64,000 bases of DNA, from positions 22,678-86,677 of the forward strand of contig JAQTNC010000001.1 in NCBI GenBank assembly GCA_028714475.1, in the 5' to 3' direction. A model generated the notes under the pieces. That model made no database searches. It saw only the letters and a list, made by a program, of their open reading frames with translations, and had not been told where the DNA came from. Origin of the DNA: Patescibacteria group bacterium (GTDB taxonomy: Bacteria > Patescibacteriota > Patescibacteriia > SG8-24). The position numbers and the translations under genes were made by a program. This document shows, one piece after another, positions 53,929 through 63,498 of this stretch (positions are counted from its first letter, which is position 1; each line of letters starts with the position of its first letter).

Positions 53929-55014
53929 CTAAAGATATTTCTTCATCCGCGGGTCTTTCTTCATCTCCGCCACAACCCTCCTCACGTCCTGCGCCCGGCC
54001 CTTGGGGCAGACGAGTAGGGCATCACCGGTATCCACGACCACCATGTCATTCACGCCGATAAGGGCGACAATCTTGCCTTTGGGCTGGCGCACCAGGTTG
54101 CCGACGGAATCAATGTTCACAATCGGCCCATCCGTCTTGACCTGACTTTGCGACTCCGTGGCTTCGGCCACCGCGCGCCAATGCCCGATGTCCATCCAGT
54201 CAAAAGTGGCCGGCAGGACCAAACCTTCTTTCATGTGTTCCATCAAGCCAAAATCGATGCTGATGGAAACCAATTGCTCATAGAGCGCGGCGATCTTATT
54301 GGCCGTGCCGGGCCGGTCGATGAGCGGCAATATCTTCTCGTAGATGGCGTAGTGCTCCGGCATGTGGATCTTAAACTCTTTTAGGAAGTGTCTGACCGTG
54401 CCGGCGAAGAGCGAGGGGTTCCAGAGATAATCACCAGAAGCAAGATAGGACTCGGCCGTCTTGAAGTCCGGCTTTTCGACGAAGCGGATGAACTGACGGA
54501 TTGAGTAACGGCCCTCGCGGTCGGCACTGCCGGCTGGCGCGCCCATCTTGATGTAGCCGTAGCCAGTTTCCGGGTAGCGCGGCGGGATGCCGACAAAAAT
54601 CATCTTGTTCGGATTTGCCTCGATGGTCTTCTCCACCGCTTTCAGCATGCGGATGTACTCGCGCTCGTTCTTGACGTAGGCGTCGGAATTAATCATGACG
54701 AATGATTCGTCCGGTTCGCGCGCGAACAGGTGCAGGAGCGCGAAGGCAAGAGCGTTCGACGAGTCCTTCCGATAAGGGTCAGCGATGAGATTGCGAGCCG
54801 GCAACCCCGGCAAGTCGCGCCGCGCCGGTCCGAGCATCGCGGCGCCGGTGACGACAAGAATGTCCTTCGGGGCAAAGCCGCGCCGCAGGCGGTCGTAGGT
54901 GACGCGGAGCATCGAGCGGTCGCCGATGACCGGTCGAAGTTGTTTAGGAAACTTATTGCGTGAGGCCGGCCACAGGCGGGTGCCGCCGCCGCCGGCAAGG
55001 ATGATGGCTTTCAT
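53929..55014 (-). CDS. mannose-1-phosphate guanylyltransferase (GDP-mannose pyrophosphorylase)
   Basis: MKAIILAGGGGTRLWPASR..KFPKQL, LVVTG, FVMINSDAY. Confidence 0.85.
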   Translation of the reverse strand: MKAIILAGGGGTRLWPASRNKFPKQLRPVIGDRSMLRVTYDRLRRGFAPKDILVVTGAAMLGPARRDLPGLPARNLIADPYRKDSSNALAFALLHLFAREPDESFVMINSDAYVKNEREYIRMLKAVEKTIEANPNKMIFVGIPPRYPETGYGYIKMGAPAGSADREGRYSIRQFIRFVEKPDFKTAESYLASGDYLWNPSLFAGTVRHFLKEFKIHMPEHYAIYEKILPLIDRPGTANKIAALYEQLVSISIDFGLMEHMKEGLVLPATFDWMDIGHWRAVAEATESQSQVKTDGPIVNIDSVGNLVRQPKGKIVALIGVNDMVVVDTGDALLVCPKGRAQDVRRVVAEMKKDPRMKKYL

Positions 55015-55045
55015 ATGATAGGTGAAGACGTAAAAGCTCCGCCGC

Positions 55046-55936
55046 TTACTGCCGCGGGCGCAATAAATTCCTCTCTAGCCGTGCGGCGAGCCACGCCGCA
55101 AACATGCCGACCGCCGCGCCTGCGACGATGTCGCTCGGGTAATGCACCCCGACAAAGACGCGGCCCAGGGCCACGAGCACGGCCGCGGCCAGGAGCGCCG
55201 CGCCAAATCGCGGCCAGGTCCGGCAAGCGGCAAAGGCCATGGCGAAAGCGATGGCGGCGTGATCGGACGGGAAGGATTTCTCGAGCGGCGACTTGTCAAT
55301 CAGCTGATGGACGTCGTAGAGCGTCACGAACGGCCGCGGACGGAACCAGATGAAGCCGATAATAGCGTTCGCGACATACGCCAAGGCAGCGGCTACGGTA
55401 CCGCGGACGACGGCGACGAACACCCGTTCGGAATCCGCGTCCGGCGAACGGCGCTGCAGGAACCGCCGCAGCCGATCGCGCCACCCCAAATGACGTTCAC
55501 GCCAAACCACGATTCCGGCGGCGACAAGAATGGCGCCAGCCATCAGGAAGATCAGGTATTCGGATGCGAAGAGAAAAATCGCGTCCAACCATGACTGACG
55601 GCCAGCCAAATTGTTCATCGCGCGGAACAGTTCGACATCGGGACGGAACATATTGGGGTGAGTTGAGTAATTGCGCCAAAGGTTGATGCTGGCGGCGGCT
55701 AGGGCAACCAACGCCCAGACAATATTGGCAACCGCCGGCTGATACGCGTGCTTGCGCCACGAGACGACCACGATGCCGGTGGCGCCGCTCACGTTAAGGA
55801 AAACGTTGAGCGCCGACGACGGATCGACGACGCGCAGGCTCACGAGGGCATAGGCCGTGAGCAGGGCGGCGGCACCGTACCAACCGACGGCTTCGGCCAA
55901 CCGACCAGCCGGTCGCGTCTTGAGCCCAATCATCAT
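55046..55936 (-). CDS. PAP2-family phosphatase (membrane)
   Basis: PAP2 motifs RPRPF, FPSDHAA, GVHYPSDIVAG. Polytopic. Confidence 0.75.
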   Translation of the reverse strand: MMIGLKTRPAGRLAEAVGWYGAAALLTAYALVSLRVVDPSSALNVFLNVSGATGIVVVSWRKHAYQPAVANIVWALVALAAASINLWRNYSTHPNMFRPDVELFRAMNNLAGRQSWLDAIFLFASEYLIFLMAGAILVAAGIVVWRERHLGWRDRLRRFLQRRSPDADSERVFVAVVRGTVAAALAYVANAIIGFIWFRPRPFVTLYDVHQLIDKSPLEKSFPSDHAAIAFAMAFAACRTWPRFGAALLAAAVLVALGRVFVGVHYPSDIVAGAAVGMFAAWLAARLERNLLRPRQ

Positions 55937-57966
55937 AGCCGGTCAACAAAACCCTGGCGAGGCGGTTCAGGCGGCGGGGATGGCGGTTGTTGCGCCGCAG
56001 GCGACGGCATTTCCACAGCCGGCGGCGGGGGCGGTTCAACGGGAGCCGCAGCCGGGACTTCCCCCTCGCTTACCGGCACGACCTCTTCCTTGACCGCCAC
56101 CGGAACGACCGGTTCGACCGACTGTTCCGTCGGAGCCGATGACTGAACGGCGTCTTTTCCCTTATACCCTTCAGCCAGCTGGTCAATCGCGGACATGGCC
56201 GGAGTCGGCGCGGCCAGCGGCCCAGCCGCAGGCACAACGGATGCCGATGGCTTGCCTTCCGCCACCGCCACGGGTGCGGTCGTCTCCGCCCTTAACCCCG
56301 GCTCCGGCCTTCCGGCCTTGAGGCTCTCCGGCTCTTCCTTATATGTAGCGCTGCGCCGCAAAGGGATGTCGGCGGCGATGAACGTCGGCTCGGTCGCGGC
56401 GGAAAAATCCACCGGATCGGTTTCCGTCTTGAGATAATTCTTCTTGGTGACCGTCAGGTAATATTTGCCGGTGCCGACGCGGAAATTATACCGGCCGAAC
56501 GTGTCGGTCACGCGCGACTCGAGCAGCTTGTGATACGGCAGGGCGAAGATGCGCACGACGGCGTTCAGCACCGGCCGATCTGACTCGTCGTCGTAAACCA
56601 CGCCCCAATTCTTGGGTCGGATCGGCATGGCGAACCGCCGGAAGAAGAAATACAGAGCGACCTGCAGAAGGAAAAGCAGGGCCGTGAGCACCGACGGCTT
56701 GATGACGATTGACGCGCCCCCCAGGACCGGGCCGACAAGAGCGAACCGCCGCTGGAAACGCCGCCAACGATCCTGACGGACGAGCGTCCGGTCATCGGCC
56801 TGCTCCTCGCCGACTGGATCAATCGGCACGTTCGGCGTCAGCACCGCCCCTTCGCCGCCGACCGGAATTTCCTCGCCGTGGTAAAGGTCAACGAACTGAC
56901 CTTGCTCGTGGAAACCCTTGGTCACCTGGCTGGGGAACTGAAACCGCAGTTTGCTCACTTCAAGGAGATAGCGCCCTTCAGGAGCGATGAAAGAAAAACG
57001 CCCGTCCTTGTCAGTAACCTCGCTCTTCAAGATCCGGTTGGTGCTGGCCTGGCGCAGGCGGATGATGGCCAAGTCTTCCGGCAGGTTCGACAGCGAATTA
57101 TAGATGGTGCCCCAATGCTTGCGGCGACGACGCTTAATGGCCAAGATCGGCTGGGTCAGGAAAAACAGGATGTACTGGAAAGATCCGGCAGCCGTCGTGG
57201 CTTGGGCGGCAGCCGCGGCGTTCACGGCTGCGGCAGCGGCGATGGCCGGCGCCACCCCTTTTTCCGTGACGGCCTGCACGTCATCGCGCTGAACGAACGC
57301 CGTCGTTTCCGCGACCGTCGTCTCGGCAAAACCGACAAAAGCTTCCGGCAGGTTCTCCAGACCGTAAATCAGGCCGCCCGCGCCGGTCACGCCAGGCGGC
57401 GCCGAGCCGCCTTCCGCACCGACCAACCCTTGCGTCGTGAGCGCGTGCGGTCCGGCCAACCAATCGCCAGCCCCTTTCTCCAGAGTGAACAGGATGGCAT
57501 AGGAGTCGCATTTCGGGGCGCTGCAGTCCCGACCGTCAGCCGTCAGTGAGCGGTAAGTATATGGTGTTCCGCCGGGAAAGGGGTTTTTCGGGATGCGCTG
57601 AAGATACACCGATCCTTCCGCGCTGTCGCTGAAACCGCCGTCCGACAAAACGGTGGCGCCCGGTTCGCCGAGCACGGTGCCGCCCTGACCGGGGTCGCTG
57701 TCCGGCGGATAGGCGCCGTTGGTCTCGAAATACATCTCCACCCCCTCACGGAGGGCCTTCACATCGGAGACGCGCTTGGTGTCCCGCGAGCTGCGACGGG
57801 CGCTTTCGTAGGAAACCGTGCCGATGGTGGAAAGCAAGCCGATGATGGCCACCACGGTCATGATTTCAATTAAGGTAAATCCGGCGCGCCGGAAGGCCGA
57901 AGCGATGGAAGCCGCATTCCTCAAGGATCCCGTCCGCCAAAGGTGTATTCTGATTTTTTGTCGCAT
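55933..57966 (-). CDS. type IV pilin-like protein (prepilin N-terminal methylation site) fused to two TM-preceded carboxypeptidase-regulatory-like domains and a Pro/Ala-rich tail
   Basis: ATG at 57966 preceded by AGAAAGG gives leader MRQKIRIHLWRTGSLRNAASIASAFRRAG|FTLIEIMTVVAIIGLLSTIG (the G|FTLIE prepilin site). Two DKDGRFSF...YLL / DTFGRYNF...YYL beta-sandwich modules follow. The C-terminal 130 aa is P/A/E/V rich. It overlaps the PAP2 gene start by 4 nt. Confidence 0.7.
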   Translation of the reverse strand: MRQKIRIHLWRTGSLRNAASIASAFRRAGFTLIEIMTVVAIIGLLSTIGTVSYESARRSSRDTKRVSDVKALREGVEMYFETNGAYPPDSDPGQGGTVLGEPGATVLSDGGFSDSAEGSVYLQRIPKNPFPGGTPYTYRSLTADGRDCSAPKCDSYAILFTLEKGAGDWLAGPHALTTQGLVGAEGGSAPPGVTGAGGLIYGLENLPEAFVGFAETTVAETTAFVQRDDVQAVTEKGVAPAIAAAAAVNAAAAAQATTAAGSFQYILFFLTQPILAIKRRRRKHWGTIYNSLSNLPEDLAIIRLRQASTNRILKSEVTDKDGRFSFIAPEGRYLLEVSKLRFQFPSQVTKGFHEQGQFVDLYHGEEIPVGGEGAVLTPNVPIDPVGEEQADDRTLVRQDRWRRFQRRFALVGPVLGGASIVIKPSVLTALLFLLQVALYFFFRRFAMPIRPKNWGVVYDDESDRPVLNAVVRIFALPYHKLLESRVTDTFGRYNFRVGTGKYYLTVTKKNYLKTETDPVDFSAATEPTFIAADIPLRRSATYKEEPESLKAGRPEPGLRAETTAPVAVAEGKPSASVVPAAGPLAAPTPAMSAIDQLAEGYKGKDAVQSSAPTEQSVEPVVPVAVKEEVVPVSEGEVPAAAPVEPPPPPAVEMPSPAAQQPPSPPPEPPRQGFVDRL

Positions 57967-58166
57967 AACCTTTCTTGGTCGTGTAAGCTGTAACATTTAG
58001 ATAAGTATAGCACGCTGAACCGGCTATCGCCTGTAAAAATCGACCGCGGTGGGTTGACGATAAGTTAAAAACCTGCTAAAGTCTGCGCAATCCGTCATCC
58101 GCCGCCGATTCGGCCAGCGGAAAACGACGGGCAACGCGAGTCGTCCTTTACACAGAAAGGGGCCAA

Positions 58167-58979
58167 ATGGCCGGAAATCGCCGATTCTCGTTTGTTTGGG
58201 ATCTCGGTAAAGTGACTTTTTCCTGGCCAGCTGAGCAAGACTGGCCAGACTGTTGGTTAACCGTGCCGCGCGTTGCGGAGACACTCCGCGCCGCGATTGC
58301 CGACAAGGGCAAAGACGCCGTCGCCAGAACCCTGCGCCGCGTCCAAAATGATTTCGAGTGCGGAGGTCACGCGACGATTGACGCGTTCCGCTTGGACATT
58401 TCTCGGGCGCTGGGTCTGACCGAACCGCTCACCTGGCAGGAATTCGCGCATGGCTACCTCGTGGCGCCGATCCTGATGAAAAACACGGGGCTGGCCGAAA
58501 TCCAGCAATGGCTTACGCGCGCCGGCTACCCGCAAGGTATCCTCTCCAACCTCTGTCCGATCTGGCAACGGATGTGGCAGAAGCGCGGACTCATGGATTT
58601 CGCCGAAGGTCGCGCCGTATACTCGTGCTTCGCCGGCGCCGTGAAGCCTTCCGAGGCGCTGGTCAGGCAATCAATCAGGATGATGTGCCGCGAACCGAAG
58701 AACATCTTCTTCATTGACGACAACCCTGACAACATCAGGATGGTCGAAAAAGCCGGTGCGACAGGTTGTCTCTACGAAAACAACCTTCAGCTGCACGACT
58801 GGCTTCTGGCGGTCGGCATGCCGCCAGACTTGCTGGCACCCCTGCTTTCGACCGAACCGCTGGTCCCAATCGTCGTCACGGACAGGGAAGCCATCGACTT
58901 CCTGATTGCCGAATTCGGCGTCGTGCTTCCTGCGGAGCCTGCCGAAGAACCGGACGAGAAGACCGCCCCAATGTCGTAA
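58167..58979 (+). CDS. HAD-like hydrolase family protein (degenerate motif I), hypothetical
   Basis: Promoter TTGACG-N17-TAAAGT about 70 nt upstream. RBS GAAAGGGG. FVWDLGKV (motif-I-like) and IFFIDDNPDNI...KAGATG (motif-IV-like). Confidence 0.45.
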   Translation: MAGNRRFSFVWDLGKVTFSWPAEQDWPDCWLTVPRVAETLRAAIADKGKDAVARTLRRVQNDFECGGHATIDAFRLDISRALGLTEPLTWQEFAHGYLVAPILMKNTGLAEIQQWLTRAGYPQGILSNLCPIWQRMWQKRGLMDFAEGRAVYSCFAGAVKPSEALVRQSIRMMCREPKNIFFIDDNPDNIRMVEKAGATGCLYENNLQLHDWLLAVGMPPDLLAPLLSTEPLVPIVVTDREAIDFLIAEFGVVLPAEPAEEPDEKTAPMS

Positions 58980-59040
58980 GCCCTTTCGGCGAGTTTCGAC
59001 GCCGCTCATGCGACAAAGCCCGGACACCTCGGTGCCGGGC

Positions 59041-59133
59041 TTTTGTAGTTAGTAGCTAGTTGCAAGTAGCTAGTAGTCGTAAGCAATTGTTTAAGTAACT
59101 ACTCACTACTTGCTACTAGCTACTCACTAATCG
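59041..59133. repeat. agtagctagt-word palindromic element between convergent genes
   Basis: gtagttagtagctagttgcaagtagctagtag ... ctactcactacttgctactagctactcac. Confidence 0.65.
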
Positions 59134-59958
59134 CTATCTCTGGCACTTCGGGCAATACACCGTGCCGCGGCCAGCAAGACGGATTTTCTTGAGCGGCGTG
59201 CCGCAACGCGGACAGGGCTCGCCTTCGCGGCCGTAGGCGTTCAGGTAGCGCACGTTAGTCCCCTCTTTCCCGTAGAGATCAAAATAATTGTCCGCCGAGG
59301 TGCCGCGCCGCCGGATGGAATTCTTGAGGCTCGTGACCACAGCCTCGCGCAGACGCGCGAATTCTCTTTCCTTGACGCTCTTGACCTGACGTGTCGGCGC
59401 AATCTTCGCCGTCCAAAGCGATTCGTCGGCGTAGATGTTGCCGACGCCGGCGACGCACCGCTGGTCCATGAGCGCCTGCTTGACCTTGAGCTTCGGGTGG
59501 CGCAGAAGGCAGGCTTCGAGCTTTTCGGCGGTGAAATTTTTCTCGAGCGGCTCCGGCCCGAAACCTTCCTTTTCCAGATGAGCCGCCACATCCTTCGTGG
59601 GTATGAGTTTCAGGTAGCCGAACTTTCGGAAATCGCTGAAAAAAAGATCGTGCGCCCCGGAGAGGCGGAAGACGACATGGTCGTGCTTGCCCGGCACCGC
59701 CCCTTTCGGCATCAGCCGGAAGCCGCCCGTCAGCTTGAGGTGAACCAACACGGACTGGCCGTTCGAGAAACCGAGAACCAGCAGCTTGGCCCGCCGGCCG
59801 ATGGACTTGAACGCAGTGCCTTTCAGCGCGTCGGCAAATCGCTTGGCCGGCACGTTCAGCCGCCCGGCAAAACCAATATTGACCACCTCGACGCGGCGGC
59901 CAATGACTTCCTTCTCCAATTGGCGACGAATGGTTTCGACTTCTGGCAATTCAGGCAT
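59134..59958 (-). CDS. mutM: formamidopyrimidine-DNA glycosylase
   Basis: ATG at 59958 begins MPELPEVETIRRQL. H2TH and a C-terminal zinc finger CPRCGTPL...YCPKCQ. The upstream 41 codons of the track ORF are the translation of repeat element B. Confidence 0.9.
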   Translation of the reverse strand: MPELPEVETIRRQLEKEVIGRRVEVVNIGFAGRLNVPAKRFADALKGTAFKSIGRRAKLLVLGFSNGQSVLVHLKLTGGFRLMPKGAVPGKHDHVVFRLSGAHDLFFSDFRKFGYLKLIPTKDVAAHLEKEGFGPEPLEKNFTAEKLEACLLRHPKLKVKQALMDQRCVAGVGNIYADESLWTAKIAPTRQVKSVKEREFARLREAVVTSLKNSIRRRGTSADNYFDLYGKEGTNVRYLNAYGREGEPCPRCGTPLKKIRLAGRGTVYCPKCQR

Positions 59959-60079
59959 AAAAAATCGTAGCGGCGGGGTGTGGCGCGAAGACTTGGAGCG
60001 CCACACGGGCGGCATGGGCCGCCCCGGGTTTGGCGAGCAATTTCCGATTATATGCGAGCCAAACTGTCCCCGCACCACC
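59959..60079. repeat. three-hairpin structured repeat element, copy B (abuts the fpg start codon)
   Basis: Sequence gtagcggcggg GTGTGGCGC gaagacttgga GCGCCACAC GGGCGG catg GGCCGCCC cgg GTTTGGC gagcaatttccgattatatgcgag GCCAAAC tgtccccgcaccacc. Relative to copy A, the C>T in stem 1 is matched by G>A on the other arm, and CC>GC in stem 3 is matched by GG>GC. Confidence 0.7.
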
Positions 60080-60126
60080 ATAATACATTTCGGTGGTGGA
60101 GGGGTAAACCCTCCCGCTACAATCTG

Positions 60127-61716
60127 TTAAATCAACGGACAGCCCGTCATCTCGGCCGGCTGGGGCACGCCGAGGAGCTTAAGCACCGTCGGCGCGGTGT
60201 CGGCAAGCATGCCGACCGGCGGCATGATGGAAAGGTCGCCGCCGACCGTTTCTCCCGAAGGCGAAGCCTGCCCCTGGAACTCCCGCCCAACCACCAGGAA
60301 CGGCACCGGGTTCGTGCTGTGTTCCTTGTCAATTTCGCCGGTCTGCAGGTTCAGCACCTCTTCGCCGTTGCCATGATCGGCCGTCATGACCATCACTCCG
60401 CCCGCCTCCAGAAGCGCCGGGACGAGGCGGCCGAGGCACTGGTCAATCACCTCCACGCCCTGTTTGGTCGGCTCGAACTTGCCGGTGTGACCGACCATGT
60501 CGGCGTTGGCAAAATTGCAGATGATGAGGTCGAATTTCTGGTCCTGGATTTCCTTGATGATGCGGTCGGTGAGTTTCGGCGTGGACATGGCTGGCGCCTG
60601 GTCGTAGGAGGAAACGCGCGGCGACGGGATGATGACGCGTTCCTCGCCGGGAAGCGGCTCCTCGCGCATGCCGTTCATGAAGAAGGTGACGTGCGCATAT
60701 TTTTCCGTCTCGGCGATATGCAGCTGCTTCAGCCCGGCGTCGGACACGACCTTGGCCAGGCAGGTCTCGACCATCTCCGGCGGATAGGCGACGTGCGCCG
60801 GCGTCCCTTTCTCGTACTGCATCATCGTGGCGAAATACAGGTCCTTGATCGGCTCGCGCGCGAACTTGCTGAAATCCGGCACGCAGAAGGCCTGGGCGAT
60901 CTGGCGCGCGCGATCCGGCCGGAAGTTGGCGAAGATGAGGGCGTCGCCGTCTCGCACCGGCGCCACCGGCTGGCCGCCGGCCGTGATGATGGTCGGCACA
61001 AATTCCTCGTCATAGACCTTGTTCGCGTATGACTCCTCGATGGCCTTGACCGGATCCTCATGCGTCTTGTCCGCGCCCTTGCCGGTGATGGCGTTATACG
61101 CCTTTTCGACGCGATCCCAGCGGTTGTCGCGATCCATCGCCCAAAAGCGGCCGGACAGGTCGGCGATGCGGCCACTGCCCAACTGCTCCATCCGACTCTG
61201 CAGATTACGGACGAACTCGATGCCGCTGTTGAAAATGCTGTCGCGGCCGTCCAGGAAAGCGTGCACGGCAATTTTCTTGATGCCGTTCTGGGCCGCCAGC
61301 TGGACCAGCGAGTAGATGTGCTCGTCCGAGCCGTGAACGCCGCCGGGACTGACGATGCCCATGACGTGGAAGGTCGAGTCGTTCTTCTTGCATTGTTCGA
61401 CCGCGCCCAAAAAAACCTCGTTCTTGAAAAACGAGCCGGTCTGGATGGCCATGTTGATGCGAGGCAGGGACTGGTAGAAGATCTTGCCGGCGCCGATGGT
61501 CAGGTGACCAACTTCCGAATTGCCCATCTCGCCCCAAGAGAGGCCGACGGCCTCGCCGGAAGCGCGCACCGTCACGGTCGGATAGGTGCGGATGAGCTCG
61601 TCGAAAACCGGCGTGTTCGCGGCCTCGACCGGATTGCCCTCGCCCGGCGGGGCGACGCCCCAACCGTCACAAATGAGGAGCAGGACCGGCTTCGGTTTTC
61701 CCCGAACAGGCATCAT
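60127..61716 (-). CDS. gpmI: 2,3-bisphosphoglycerate-independent phosphoglycerate mutase
   Basis: LLICDGWG, EVGHLTIGAGKI, ADMVGHTG, MVMTADHGN. Confidence 0.9.
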   Translation of the reverse strand: MMPVRGKPKPVLLLICDGWGVAPPGEGNPVEAANTPVFDELIRTYPTVTVRASGEAVGLSWGEMGNSEVGHLTIGAGKIFYQSLPRINMAIQTGSFFKNEVFLGAVEQCKKNDSTFHVMGIVSPGGVHGSDEHIYSLVQLAAQNGIKKIAVHAFLDGRDSIFNSGIEFVRNLQSRMEQLGSGRIADLSGRFWAMDRDNRWDRVEKAYNAITGKGADKTHEDPVKAIEESYANKVYDEEFVPTIITAGGQPVAPVRDGDALIFANFRPDRARQIAQAFCVPDFSKFAREPIKDLYFATMMQYEKGTPAHVAYPPEMVETCLAKVVSDAGLKQLHIAETEKYAHVTFFMNGMREEPLPGEERVIIPSPRVSSYDQAPAMSTPKLTDRIIKEIQDQKFDLIICNFANADMVGHTGKFEPTKQGVEVIDQCLGRLVPALLEAGGVMVMTADHGNGEEVLNLQTGEIDKEHSTNPVPFLVVGREFQGQASPSGETVGGDLSIMPPVGMLADTAPTVLKLLGVPQPAEMTGCPLI

Positions 61717-61720
61717 AGCG

Positions 61721-63301
61721 TCAGCTGCGCAGGAGGGAGAAACCGGTCATTTCCACCGGCTTTGGCAATTCCATGATATCGAGAATGGTCGGGGCGATGT
61801 CGGCCAGCATGCCGTCGCCAAGACGGGCGCGGCGGAACTTCTCGCTGGCCAGGATGAACGGCACGGGATTGGTCGTGTGTTCGGTCATGACTTCTCCCGT
61901 CTGCGGGTTGACCTTGCACTCGGCGTTGCCGTGGTCGGCCGTGATGACAAGATGCCCCTTGGCTTCCTTCACGGCCTCATGAATCTGTCCCAAGCAGACA
62001 TCCACCGACTCCATTGCCTTGACCGTGGCCGCCAGGTTGCCGGTATGGCCGACCATGTCAAGGTTGGCGAAATTCAGGCAGATGAAATCATGTTGTCCGT
62101 TCTTGATGCGGCGCACGACCTCGGAGGCGATGGTCGGGGCGCGCATCTCCGGCTTGTCGTCGTAATGGGCGATGAACGGGGACGGGATGCGCATGCGCTC
62201 CTCGCCGGCTCGCGTGTCGGCGAAACCGCCGTTGAAGAAGTAGGTGACGTGGGCGTACTTCTCCGATTCGGCGATGTAGAACTGGCGGAGCGGTGCCATC
62301 ACCTCGGTCATGCCGAGCTGGATGTCGCGACTCGGGAAGGCGGTGAAAACGTGGGGCAGGTCAGGGCCGAAGTCGGTCATGGCGGCGAAGCGGGTGTTCT
62401 TCGGCACGCGCTTGCGCTTGAAGGCGTTCTCGTTGTGCAGCTCGAAATCCTTCTGCACGAAGCACTTGGTCAGCTCACGGGCGCGGTCAGACCGCAAGTT
62501 GAAGTAGATGAAGACGTCGTTGTCCCCGACCGCGCCCAGCGGCCGGTGTTCATCGTCGGTGATGACCGTCGGCAGGAGATACTCGTCACTCTCGCCGCGG
62601 TTGTAACCGTGCAGGATGGCCGCGTGCGCGCTTGGGGCGACCAGACCCTCGCCGTTCACGATGGCGTTGTAAGCCATCTCGATGCGATTCCAACGCTTGT
62701 TGCGGTCCATGGCGTAGAACCGGCCCATGATGGTGGCGATGGCTTGGTTCGGATAAAGCTTGGGCTCCAGGTCATGCAGGAGCCGCGTGGCCGAGAACGG
62801 CGGCGAGTCGCGGCCGTCAGTGAAGAGATGAAGCCGCACCTTGTCCATGCCCTCCTCGTGGCACAGCTTGAGCATGGCGTAGAGATGATCCGGGCAGGAA
62901 TGGGCGCTGTTGCCGTTGGACATGAGGCCCAAGAGATGGACTTTGGTGCCGTATTTCTGGGCGTGCTTAAAGACCTCCTTGAACGCCATGTTCTTGAAGA
63001 AGGTGCGGTCCTTGATGGCTTCGGAAACGTAAACGATATCCTGCCGCACGATGCGGCCGGCGCCGATGTTCATGTGACCGGCTTCGGAGTTTCCCTCCTG
63101 ATCCGGCAGGAGGCCGACGTAACGGCCATGCGCCATGAGCTGGGTGTGCGGATAGCGGGCGCGGATGGCGTCGAGCACCGGCGTTTTAGCGAGGGTGACG
63201 GCGTTGCTGTTGGCCGGCGGAGCGATGCCCCAGCCGTCCAATACAGCCAAAACGACCGGCGCCGGACGGGCAGGTTTTGAGGCCTTTTTTGGCATATTCA
63301 T
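61721..63301 (-). CDS. gpmI: 2,3-bisphosphoglycerate-independent phosphoglycerate mutase, second tandem paralog
   Basis: VLAVLDGWG, EAGHMNIGAGRI, LDMVGHTG, LVITADHGN. Less than 50% identical to the upstream copy by eye. Confidence 0.9.
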   Translation of the reverse strand: MNMPKKASKPARPAPVVLAVLDGWGIAPPANSNAVTLAKTPVLDAIRARYPHTQLMAHGRYVGLLPDQEGNSEAGHMNIGAGRIVRQDIVYVSEAIKDRTFFKNMAFKEVFKHAQKYGTKVHLLGLMSNGNSAHSCPDHLYAMLKLCHEEGMDKVRLHLFTDGRDSPPFSATRLLHDLEPKLYPNQAIATIMGRFYAMDRNKRWNRIEMAYNAIVNGEGLVAPSAHAAILHGYNRGESDEYLLPTVITDDEHRPLGAVGDNDVFIYFNLRSDRARELTKCFVQKDFELHNENAFKRKRVPKNTRFAAMTDFGPDLPHVFTAFPSRDIQLGMTEVMAPLRQFYIAESEKYAHVTYFFNGGFADTRAGEERMRIPSPFIAHYDDKPEMRAPTIASEVVRRIKNGQHDFICLNFANLDMVGHTGNLAATVKAMESVDVCLGQIHEAVKEAKGHLVITADHGNAECKVNPQTGEVMTEHTTNPVPFILASEKFRRARLGDGMLADIAPTILDIMELPKPVEMTGFSLLRS

Positions 63302-63498
63302 TACCTTTATATTATAGCGCGTTTTAAGGCGGGATTAAAGGAGCTTCCGCAGCGGCGGAGAAATGGTCGGTTTTATGGAAAAAACAGCAAGGGAAAAACA
63401 AAAGATCGGCCTGTTTGTTGTGTGGGGATCCGGCAAATTAGGCTCAGGCGAATCTCGGTTGAAGACCGTCCACCCCGGGCTGGACAAATAGGCACTCA

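Noticed and set aside
61586-63280. 564-aa plus-strand ORF
   Set aside because: Antisense to the second gpmI.
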